Assembly: GCF_964204645.1 (NCBI RefSeq)
Contig: NC_134036.1
Coordinates: forward strand, 2,666,001 to 2,730,000
Source: Tubulanus polymorphus
Lineage: Eukaryota > Animalia > Nemertea
Length of the DNA: 64,000 bases
Direction: 5' to 3'
The notes under the pieces were generated by a model that searched no databases, was not told the DNA's origin, and saw only the letters and a program-made list of their open reading frames with translations. Of this stretch, positions 12,082-23,400 are shown piece after piece; the first letter of the stretch is position 1, and each line of letters begins with the position of its first letter. Position numbers and translations under genes: made by a program.

Positions 12082-14999
12082 CTTGTTGCTTAACTAAACG
12101 AATGACAAATTTCAAAATCAATCATATTTATTCTCATACAACAATTATACAAAATGCCAGGTTTGTGCTCGAGGAATTATAACGTAAGCTCCTCAAACAC
12201 GTGGACTTTCAAAAACAACTAGTCCAACCACCATAGGCGTATAAACTATAAACGAGAGTTTATACGCCAATGGTCCAACCAACCATAGACTCTAAAACAG
12301 AAACGTCTATGGCCCACAACCATGGACTCTTAAACCGTGAGTCCATGGCTCCCCGCACTAAAACCAGAGATAAACCTGGCCAAATACTCTGGAAAGCGTA
12401 GGATTAAGTAATCAATCTGATTTACATTTTTACATCATTTTATTTCACATATCAAATTATTAACTTTTAGCTTATTTTCTCATATTTTAATAGCAATTTT
12501 ATTTCTATTACTATGTATGAAATTTTACTAACTTAAAACAAAGTTACATGTAAGGTATTTAGAAGTCTTTATCTACGATACATTTCCACTACAGCTGATT
12601 CATACAATTTGCATCAATAGGAAAATAACAAAAATACACAAAGAATTATAAACTTTGATCCATAAAAAATTGGACTAGTCTAAGATTATGAATTTGACAA
12701 TTCATGAGGTCAATATAACCGACACTTTGTTATATTTCATGAAATATGAATCTATCATGTCAACTTTTCAAATGACATCGATTGAGGACATCTCATTTAT
12801 CAAGAAAAAGCTCAACTTTATTCGATAGGACCTTAATAAATCAATGTTTTATGAACAATTGACATGAACATGTCATTTTATCTCCACAACAACAATTATA
12901 CCTAAATGACAGGTATTCATGTACTGGAGGAAGTGCCTCAGTCATTTACAAAAACGTGACCTGTATTTCAAAAAAGTCTCCAACATAAAAACATTATAAC
13001 CGGAGATAAAACCACAAATTCAATCTGGAAAGCTAAAGATTAGATTAAATGAACAGTCTTTGATTTAATTTACATTAACATTATTTTACAAGATAGCTAG
13101 TTTTGCCACCTTTGCCTTGTCTTCAAGAGGTTTCATGACATTATCAAATTGGTTATTTTCTCAAATGTTACATTTAATGCAAAGTATTTTGAAAGTATTC
13201 TCTTTTATGCATTCAACAAGAGTATATAAATCGAGTATATAAATATTGTTCAACTGCCAATTTGAATAGAGCTAGGGCAATTAATAAAAAAAACTAATGG
13301 CTTTGCCACAATTAAGTTAAGATTCAATATCTAACTTTTTGAGGTGCTTCTTGTGCAGATATTCAGAACCCATATAGACATTGTTAAACCATTTAGAGTC
13401 CATATAGCTAGCATAATCTACTGATTAATACTGTTCATATATCCTCATTTATCAAGAGACTGCTCCTCTATTTTGCTACTCAATTTTCCATAAGGGCCTT
13501 GAAGATAGTAGTTTATGAACCATTGATGAGCACCACAGAACGAATGACGAAACAGTATCATTTTATTCTTACACATCAATTATACCCCACTAAATGAGTT
13601 ATTTAAAAAACAGTTCAACATAAAACCTACAAATTCACTCACTCTGAAAAGCGTAAGGTAAACTAATTAATCTTAGTTATAACAAGAAAACTAAAAACAT
13701 TGCCAAAAATTTCCTCATCCGAGAGATTTCTTTAATTATCAACTAGCTTATTTCACAAATGTTACATTTGAAACAAAGCAGGGTCTGATTTAAGCACTAG
13801 TCCAATTGCCCGGGACAAGTATGTTTTCATTAGGGCATGTAGGTTATCACAATCACTCATCCACCGGGATTGTGTCATTCTATATCTCAAAGCTTTTATC
13901 CCACTCGATGCAAGGGATGATTGTGTCTCAATCGGACTACTCATGTAGGGCAAGTTGATTTTTGAGGGGGCAAGCGATATTACATATGCTTGCCCCAAGG
14001 TCAAGTGGCATTTATTCCTTAGATCAAACCCTGCAAACTATTATAAGCTTTTTCTTTGTGATGATTTAAAATAAATCGAGTATCTTCAAATAAATATGGT
14101 TTAACTGACGGAGCTATGGCAACTTCTAAATTGTTTTATTCAACTTGATAGCAGATATAAATACAACTCTATATAAAGATCAGAAATTCTTCTTGTCCAG
14201 ATATTACAGGCCCCACACAGATGCGGTTAATAAGGCCATGAAATAAATTACTTGACTCCCAACAGCTACCTCCGAATTTATTAGCCGCCGCCTGTTTTTT
14301 TCGCCTTTTTTCCTATTAGAATATTCTAGATTAATTTATAAATTTATACCGACCGATAGCTCATCAGTTAAAGATTCACACCGACACAGGTCTTCATATC
14401 ATAGAAACCGCGTAAAAATTTACTAATGAAATTAGCCACGGACAGTTCATGCACCCCGAGATAACTAACTCACATCATGCACGAGGAAAGCGGTCTATTT
14501 GAGTCATTGGGGAAAACCCACTAAAACCATGTATTCATGATTAATCATCATTCATTCATGCTGTTATCACAGAATCAATAGACAGATTTTCATAAAACCC
14601 CTTGATTCAATTGAGGGGAGACAGGCTTTTTAATTACTTGGAGCACCGATCCTCTGAAATTCTGCCAAAAACTCCATGCTAATTACCACTCATAATTTGA
14701 AGATTCGGGTGCGCCTTTTAGCCGTTTGATAGTATCTCCGGTCTTAATAAATGTGCGGCCGAAGCCCTTACTTCTGGTGCGGATGAACACGAAATTTTCA
14801 CGACGGTAGCAGTGGCTGCAATGCTACCGTCTAAATTTGCGCCTGTTTTAAGCGCATTTCACTCAAGATTTCTCAGGTTTTCTTGATTTCATTAACTTTT
14901 TTCGTTCGGCGTTTCGATTTATGAATAAAATAGATTTGGATTGAGCGGATTTGTTACAGTCGCGGCTCAATGTATTTGTCTTTTTTCTCTGCTCGCGTG

Positions 15000-17900
15000 A
15001 TGGCCCTATTCCAGTCAAAATTCGCCAAAAAACAACTCGAAAAACACGGCTGGGAAGAAGGTAAATATATGTTTTTCGAAATAGAATAATCTCTTAACTC
15101 ATTTCATATCCGAAAATTGTAATTTAGAATTTTAAACTGGTCGAATCGGAAGGATATTTAAGGAATGATGTGACTTCCGGGTTTGTTCTTTCAATTCTTA
15201 ATGAAATGAATTATTTTCAGGGTCGGGTCTCGGGAAGAAAGAAGATGGAATTAAGGAAGCCATCAAAGTAACGCTTAAACGAGACTCAGCGGGGGTAAGA
15301 CTGATAATTTATTTCATTTCGATGTAAAAAAAAACTGAAAGGAAAATGAATCTGTAAGGGTTTGTGCTTTTACCGGCTTTTACTTTTGGAGATATCTACC
15401 AGGGCGATTTTACTTTGGGTGAATATTCAACAGAAGTTACCTTTACCTAAAGTAGATATTTACTAGGAAATAATTTTACCTAGGGTGGATATTTACCGGG
15501 ACCTATTTTCACCAAGGGTGGATTTTACTGGGAGGATACGCGGTAACTGTCTCACATTGTTGTTTATTGATTTTAGGTAGGTCACGATGCCGGAGCTGCA
15601 TTCACATTTCACTGGTGGGATCACGTGTTCAACAAGACAGCGAACAGCATCAATGTTCAAAATGACAAGGTACTGTTTCAAACCTTTGACTTAACTTCGT
15701 TATCAGCAGTTTGTTGCCTAATTGTTTGTGGTAAGCTTGTATAGTCGGATGGGCTTATACTTATAATGTTGCTTGTGAAAACATCCAATCGTGAAACTAA
15801 ACCACAGACAGGTTACTGACTACATCATCGGAGAACTGAAGTGAATATTAATTTTCGTTTTATCAAAACTGCCGTGTTAAATGTTTAGATCATGAATTCT
15901 GGGTCATAAGTCAGAAATACTGAGATTCATTATATCGGTCTCTTAGAGAATCTTATTCTTTATTTCTACATAATTGAATGTGAATCAGTGTTAAAATGAT
16001 GATTCCATTTACAGGATGCGGTTACAGTGAGTAATGATGGAGCAGCTGTCACCATGACGACTAAGAAGCCGTCGACTGCACGAACGTATTGTGATAAATC
16101 TCTTCTCTACGGCAGATTCATCAAGGTATTTCATTTTCAAAAAGTGTTCAATATTTCCTAATGGAACAACTATCACACACCATGTTTACAATGCAATTTC
16201 AATCCACCAGTGTTTATAAAATCTAACCAGCTTTTGAGCGACTAGTCACTGGACTTAAGTTGTTAGATCCAGGGGCAGATCCAAGGGTACATGCCCCCCC
16301 TGAAATCTGCCCTGAAATTTTGCAAGAAAATGAAAAATATTAAACTGATACCGAAAAGTTTGAAATCATAAGCTTGCCTTGTCCTCTGTATTTCCTAAAA
16401 TGAATTAACTTTTTTCGATTGGCGATTTATTTTTGGTGCCCTTTCAATTATATGAGTTGTTCTACTTTTGGAGTGCACCCCTCCCAAAATCAGACTCTAG
16501 ATCCGACCCTGAAATTTGTTATGATAGAACATTGATCATGAATTGAAGCCTTAATTGTGGTTTGGGGCCTAGATCTGAACGCATGAGTGAATTGAAGGTA
16601 ACTGTTTATATTGTGTATTTCCACGTAGGCAGCTACAATGACTCAGGAAGATAGCGGAACGACTGTAGTTCGTGAATACAGCAGTGAATCGGAAGATGAA
16701 GTCGAAACACTCGATAAATCAACCAAGTAACTATTCATTTATCAGTCCTTTAATTATCTATTATGTGATTATGAGCTAAGGCTAAAAAAAATTGATACCT
16801 TGTTTCTCCGCTCTGCTGAGCTTAAATGTTGACCCGGCCGGCCGCCTATCTACCCTATACATTACTTTTTTTTAAATCGTGATCAATTTTACCATAACAG
16901 ACCCGGTCGCTATAGAAATGAACTGTTTATAAATTTTATCATATTTTACAAAAATGACCCGGCCGCTGCGGAGAAACAAGGTATCATTTTTGTTTAGCCT
17001 AAGTTTGAGTTTTTTCTGACAGTTTCGTTGGTGTCAAGTAAATGAATAAATAATGTTATTTCATTTCTCTGATGATGAAGTTAAGTAAAAACTTCGAAAC
17101 TGTCAGAATAGATTGTTAAATCCTCAACTGTGGGTTTTGCTCGTACTGAAATACTGAGATTGATATCAGTCTTTACCAGTCATTCAGTTTTTCTGTTAGA
17201 AATGACTGTTTTCTTTCTAACAGGTGAATGTTTCGTTATTATTTTAAGATTGACCGATGAGGAATTGTGGAAGGCGTGTGGAGGCAGGACGGCTCATAAG
17301 TAAGTAATTGTCGGTGTTGAAAGTTTTGAAGTATCGGAAATTATTCCGGTCTACGCTGTCGAGAATGGTCATCGGATCCCTTCGACTCCTTGAAAAGTCT
17401 TTCTATAGGGAAAATGCTTTTCAGGGTGCTTTAAACTCCTTTCAAAATGCTCGAAACTCCTTGAAAACTTGTTCAATATTGAGAAATAGGCAATTAGAAA
17501 TATTTGTAGTGATACAGTAATCAAAAATTAAATCGATACAGTTGGACCCAGGATATTTAAGATCCAATTAGGCGGTTACTGAATTGGAAACCAAGTTAAG
17601 TAGTGTAAAGGATAAAAGTTAATATGCAAAACCACTTTTACTGTAATTGGGATATGAAAGTGATGCTTCTCGGAGTTTGAAGGAGAAAATTTCAAACATC
17701 TTCATATAATTCCTGGATATTCCTGGATATCAGGGTCCTGTTTTATAGACTAGTATAAACCTTAACCGGGGGGGGGCTAAATTTATTAATTTTCAAATTA
17801 GTTAACCCCCGGGTAAAGAAAATACCAGAGTGGATGGAGTCTATAAAACCGGGCCCAGAAAATTCCTTATGTCCAGGAATGACTGATGGAGCCTGTATCC

Positions 17901-18745
17901 ATTGATCTCATTGTTATCTGTCCGGTTTTTTTTTTAGGGGAGCGCGACACGGGTTGAAAATGAACGGTAAACTGAACCGCGTCGAGCAACAAGAACGTGA
18001 ACTCCTCGAACGTTTAGAACGTAAACTATCGAACGTGAAAACGGTCGCGTTCAACGAACGCGTCGCGACCAAATCGTACGCCATCGACGGCGATGTGGAT
18101 AAACTACGTAAAATACCGCAGCGTCGGAAAATACCGGTCGCCGAGGAGGACAACGACGAGGATACGACGTCTAGTGAAAGTGAAGAGGATGTTAAGAAGA
18201 AAAAGAAGAAAAGTAAGAAATCGCGGAAAGAAAATGTTACAGTCGCGAATAACGATAGCTCGGTCGGTGGGAATTCGAATTCGGACGCTTGCGCCGAGGC
18301 CGAAAATACAACAATCGCGTTAAAGAAAAAGAAAAAAAGTAAAAAGACGAGGCGTGATAGCGACTGCGTCAACACGGTAACTAACACTAACCAGGCAACG
18401 GGAAAGAAACGGAAATTAGACGGAGTCGGAGAGAGTGCGGAGGAAAGCGTATCGGAGGCGGATTCCTCGCTGAAAAAGAAACGCAAAAAGTCGAAAAAAT
18501 CGAACGGCGAAATCCCGACGGGGGATTTAGAAACTTCCGTGCTCTCGAATGGGGATTTAGAAACTGTCGTCGATGATGAACTTAAAACCGAAACGAAAAA
18601 GAAAAAGTCGAAAAAATCGAAATCGTCGAAAAATGAAAATTGTTCCGCGACGAAGAATTCGTCGTCGAATTGTGCGGACGATTCGGTCGTTGTGTCCGGA
18701 AAGAAAAAGAAAAAATCTAAAAAGAGTAAAAAGAAAAGTGATTAA
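15000..18745 (+). CDS. GPATCH4: G-patch domain-containing protein 4, 7 exons, about 431 aa
   Basis: Exons 15000-15060, 15221-15294, 15577-15669, 16015-16125, 16629-16726, 17249-17299, 17938-18745. G-patch KFAKKQLEKHGWEEGSGLGKKEDGI, then FTFHWWDHVFNKTA, LLYGRFIK and LTDEELWKACGGRTAHKGARHGLKMNGKL match the GPATCH4 family. Lys/Ser-rich tail typical of nucleolar proteins. Confidence 0.93.
16269..16511. mobile_element. MITE with CAGGGGCAGATC...GATCCGACCCTG termini; related copy at 35273-35519
   Basis: Inverted termini and shared internal aaactgatacc..aaaagttt..gcttg..ctctgtatttcc. Confidence 0.7.
16780..16999. mobile_element. PIF/Harbinger-like MITE (GGCTAAA...TTTAGCC, TWA flanks); copies at 34433-34623 and, partially, 18840-19030
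   Basis: TIR ggctaaaaaaaattgataccttgtttctcc / ggagaaacaaggtatcatttttgtttagcc flanked by TAA/TAA. Confidence 0.8.
17013..17110 (+). mobile_element. Penelope-like remnant with minimal hammerhead ribozyme core
   Basis: ttct-CTGATGA-t-GAAGTT-aagtaaa-AACTTC-GAAAC-t-GTC-agaa, plus an inverted copy of its 3' end (ttctgacagtttcg) at 17014. Confidence 0.6.
17734..17856. mobile_element. Harbinger-like MITE
   Basis: TIR ggtcctgttttatagac / gtctataaaaccgggcc with CAG flanks. Confidence 0.7.
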
Positions 18746-20104
18746 TGAAAATTAACTTAATTTGTTGATGTTTCTATTTTTAACGTGATTTTACTTCCTT
18801 GTTTCTCAGTGGATTGTATGAAAATTGATGGATGTTTGGGTAAAAAAATCTATATCTTGTTTCTCCTAATCGACCGTTTGATTTTGTGCAAATAAGTTTT
18901 TAATCAATTCATTTCTATAACTGCCGGGTCTGTTATTGTTAGCTTGATCATGATTTTAAAAAATATTGTTCAGGAAAGAGGTTAGGCTCAGCGGAAATGA
19001 GAAACAAGGTATAAATTCTTTTTAGCCTTAGGATTTTACCGGGTTCAAAGGTTTTCTTTTATCCGTTTGATGGTCAGAGAGGCTAGATAGGAAGTTTCAA
19101 CATCATACTGGAAACTGTGAACCCTGGAGACTTGATGAATCTGGTCCCAAACTTTGATATTTTTCCTGAGCCCGTTTCACGTTTAAACGCGTGGACTCTG
19201 GAGATTTTTTCTGCAATTGAGGATAATCCAGGATGCTTGGATCATTAAGAGGATGTTGTTGAGATGCCGACCCTGGATCAGATCTGCTGATCTCGACCAC
19301 TCAGCATCTCTGATCATAAAGATGCCAATTAATAATGTATTAACATACGTAGGCCTACTTATTTTCAAATATATACTTTAGGGAGCCCTTCCAATCAAGG
19401 AGAGGAAAATCGTAGGCTCTTACGAAAAATGAAATATACATAACATTCGTATACGTTTCCCAAACATAGGCACAAATATTGTTTATACTGATTTCTTTAT
19501 GCGTAATGCTATGCGCCACAGCGAAAATAACAATCTAGAAAAAAACTTCTTTTTTAGTAGAAATCACCCAAAATTAAAATAAAACTTATTGCAACTGCAA
19601 TGAGGAATGAAGGAGGAAAATTTTGTGAGAAATAATCTTGAATAATTCTTAGCGAATAGCGGCTCAGTCGCAGAAATAGCAGATAAGCGAAAATTACCGA
19701 CCGCCTAACCAGCGCATGTTCGTACATGCGCCATCAAACAGGTGCTCGCGTTTAACATAAAATCGATGCGTAGATAGAGCTGACCTAAATTCCATTTCAT
19801 CAATGAAAATTATGAATTTAGGTCGAATTGATTCATCAACGCGATCGGGAATTCATTTCTGAGATGGTTTTTCAGGGGATAAATTTTCGAAAGCGAAAAT
19901 TGATCGATTTTTCGACATTTTAATTTTTCAACCAGCGGGGTCAGAAAACAATTCAATTCATTTCAATATATTTATGAATCGTTGATTATCTCATGAAATT
20001 GAAACCCCGATTCCGAAAGTCGTTTTCGGGCCCCTTTTCAAAAACGATATTATGATGAAATCTTTCCCGCAGAGGTTTGTTTGTCAACAAATACCACGTG
20101 GATT

Positions 20105-20225
20105 TTGTTTACGTACGCCCGTGGATATGACGTCACCGGTGTTATCGGGCGGAGCTATGAGTCACGTGATCGCGCGAAATTGTCTACGTCGACAACATTC
20201 GAGGCGGAGTTACGCGTCACGTGAT
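20105..20225 (+). promoter_or_regulatory. ATOSA proximal promoter motif cluster
   Basis: CpG-rich; TTGTTTAC (20105), TGACGTCA (20128), TGAGTCA (20158), GTCACGTGAT twice (20161, 20216); Inr-like TCAGTT near 20279. Confidence 0.6.
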
Positions 20226-20422
20226 CGTATGATTGACAACTGAGCAGAACCATTGAGAGAGAGATTTTATGGTATTTGTCAGTTGTTGGGCTGATTTTTG
20301 ACCGTACTGGAGGAGTTAATTAACGAGTTTTCAGGACAAAGGAAATGTCCAGACACGTCACGCGAACGTTCTATGTCCGCGAACGAATGGACTGACCGAG
20401 ACTCGGCGATATTTGAACAATC

Positions 20423-23400
20423 ATGAAGCCTAACTCGTTCGGCGGAGTTGGTGTTGGTAGGTTACCCTTTTTTCTCATAATCATCATTTTTTTTCGTGTT
20501 GATTTTGCCGTTGTTTATTACTAGAAATTCACTATTTGTTTATTGTTTACTTAACGACCGAAATTTCTTCACAGTGTTAGTCGGGTTAGATTCCTTTCCT
20601 GACCTTGACAATATATGGTTCAATAAAGGGGCTTCATTTTTCCATTCCAGTCCCATTCCTTTTCCTTAAGACGCAACTCACGATCAGCTCTTCTCTTTAA
20701 TCTTGGCTATTTTCACTATTTTTTGGCCGGTTCCTAGACCCTGGTTGTCAGTCGAAACTTCTCTTTTCAAATAGGCCTAACCGATGTTGATTTTATTTGA
20801 GTTGCTAGGGTTAGGTCGTTGTTGGATTTGTTGGGCCCCAGTTTTGCCTGACTGGACCTGTCTGGGGCGGCCTCCAAAATTTAATGAGGTTTTTGCTACG
20901 TAACCACACAACCACTAGATCCTGATATGAGTCCATACGCGATCATTTCGACGAAAAATATACAAGTAATTTATTCTGAAAGTCGAACGTTTAGAATCGA
21001 TTTTTCAACCAGCGAATGTTTCCCCATATGTTTAGATATGGAAGGAGACTACGAGTTTGACGTATACAGATTACAGGGCCGCTGATGTGGCTGTATAGAT
21101 AAACAGGCAACCAATAACAGAACCGATACTGTGCATAATTTCCTCGTGAACAGCTGACTGTCGATCTGGCATAATATAACATTATAGAGACAATAGATTG
21201 ATTATGATTCTAGATGAGGGTTATTCTAATGGGTGTGGGGGAGGCGTCGTAGCCTTAATGGATCAGAGAATCCTCTTTTACTCATTAGTAATAGTTTTGA
21301 TTTTAAACAATGGTTTTTTAAAGGGAGTGGGTCTTTTTACATTAAAAATTGACAAAAATTTATAAATAGTTTAATTAATCAGGGTATCATACGGAAATGG
21401 CTTTTTCAAGTCCTAGAGAATTCTAGAATGGATTTAATCCTGATGGTAGGCATAAAGGGGTTTTCTAAATGGTTCCTGATATCGGCAGGATTCATATGCA
21501 GCCTTTTTTCACTGATTTCCTCACTGAATAACATCAACCCGAATGTCGTTTTTTTTGGTAGGATCAGATTCTATGAATTTTGTCGACATCTCAAAAGATT
21601 TCCGAATGAAGGGACAATGAAATGTTCAGGTGGCCGTCATTCCTCTCTCTGTCTCTCAGAAAAAATGTGTCTGCTATATTGAATGAGTGTCCTGGAAATC
21701 AGGCTGTATTTGAGTCAGCATTGTGTCATCTTACTGCGAAGCTGACCTCGATATTTTATTCCGAGCGAAATGATATGATGATGAGACAGCACTGGAAGAG
21801 ATAGGTGTGCGTTTCTGCATCGTGTTATTGTTTGAATGAAAGGAAGAAAACATGAGATCTACAGCAGCGGCGCCCTCTTGACATTTCATTTTACTTTGTG
21901 AAAAGTGAAACCGACTTTGATAGCGATCTCTCCCTTCTCTCTCCCTGTCTCCATTTCTTACCCCATTCTCCCCTTCTCTTTGTCCCTCTTTCCCTTTCCC
22001 GATTGGATTCTCTCACTTTCTCTCTGTTCCCGGCCTCCCTGTCTCCATTTCTTACCTCACTCTCCCCTTCTCCCTCCCTGTCTCGTTCCTGGTTCCCTTT
22101 CTTTCCCCATTCTCCCATTCTCTTCTCTCCCCTTTCCCTGCTCCCTCCCTGTGTTGTTCCTGGCTCCCTTTCCCCCTCTCTTCTTTCCCTCTCTTCTTCC
22201 CTCTCTCTACTCTCACGGTCTCCTCTCTACCTGTGTAAAATGGCAATATTTCAACACAGCTTTACCTATACCTGCAGTAAGTAGAACCGCCCTTTAGTAT
22301 AGGAGGCCTGTATATTGACACAGTGTCTCACTGCCGTGACCTAGTTACTGAGCCTATTTCTGTCGGTGGTGTTACTGTTACTGTTTTTCCTATATGGTAT
22401 AAATAGTAACCCCTTGTGTATATGTTATTTTTGGTTGAGCTGCTGCTGGTGGTTGTTGTTTTTGAAGTATGTAGATATCAAGTTCTCTCAGTGGTAGATG
22501 GACTTCTGACAGTCAAAAGTGAGGAGGAAATGCAGTGAGGATCTTTGGCGTACAAAGCTATTGTTAATTCAGGGCTCTTAGTTACAGTAACTTTTGAAAA
22601 TTCGAAGTAAAATCTTGTTAATTTTTCTTTGTATTTTAGGATAAATTTTTTCTTGGTTTCAGAGTCAGGGCAGTTTTGGAAAGCGTTCTGTTTGCTCTCC
22701 GTCTGTTTTCTCTTCCCTCCCCTCCCCCCCCAAAAAAAAATTCAAATGCTAGGAATGGCTCCGAGTCAGGTGTCTTTTATAGATAATTTTCATGTTTTCC
22801 CCTTTTTACTACAGAATTCAGTATTCAGGGGGGATTTGTTTCTAGGGGTAAAGTAGAGCAGATGGATTAGCGCGATAAACCCTGGGAACATTTTTTTAAA
22901 AACCAATACGGTTCAGTTTCTTGTCATGCCAAACTTAAGAGTTACTAGTTTTGATATCTTTCATGTACCCCGCATTAGACTGGAAAATTTTAATTTTGTT
23001 CAGACGTATTAGAATTTTAAATTGACTCAATCATAATCCTGATTAAATACTAATCACGTATAGACGAGCTAGGGTAATGCTGCCGGTGCCGGCGCTGCTG
23101 CTGCCTAGACTATTTATGATTAATCACTTCATGCATAGAAATAAAAATCATATCCTTGTTTTAAGCGATTATGCAATGTGCACCTCAATAACAACCCGGG
23201 TATGTTAGTAAGTCCTACCTAGAGTAACATACCTATCTATAGATGATATATATATATATATGTTTGTTTTTGAGTTGAGAAATCTCTGTTCCGCACACGC
23301 GCGCTCGCGCCTCTTCGGGATAACTATTTTTACTCGCTTATAGTTGCGTTAACTCCGAAGTCTTACATCTTTAAAGTACAGCTATTTGTTTCGCTGTTTA

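Noticed and set aside
17914-18486. 190-aa minus-strand ORF
   Set aside because: Antisense shadow of the Lys-rich GPATCH4 last exon.
21891-22297. Ser/Leu/Pro-rich and Glu/Arg-rich ORFs
   Set aside because: Low-complexity CT tract.
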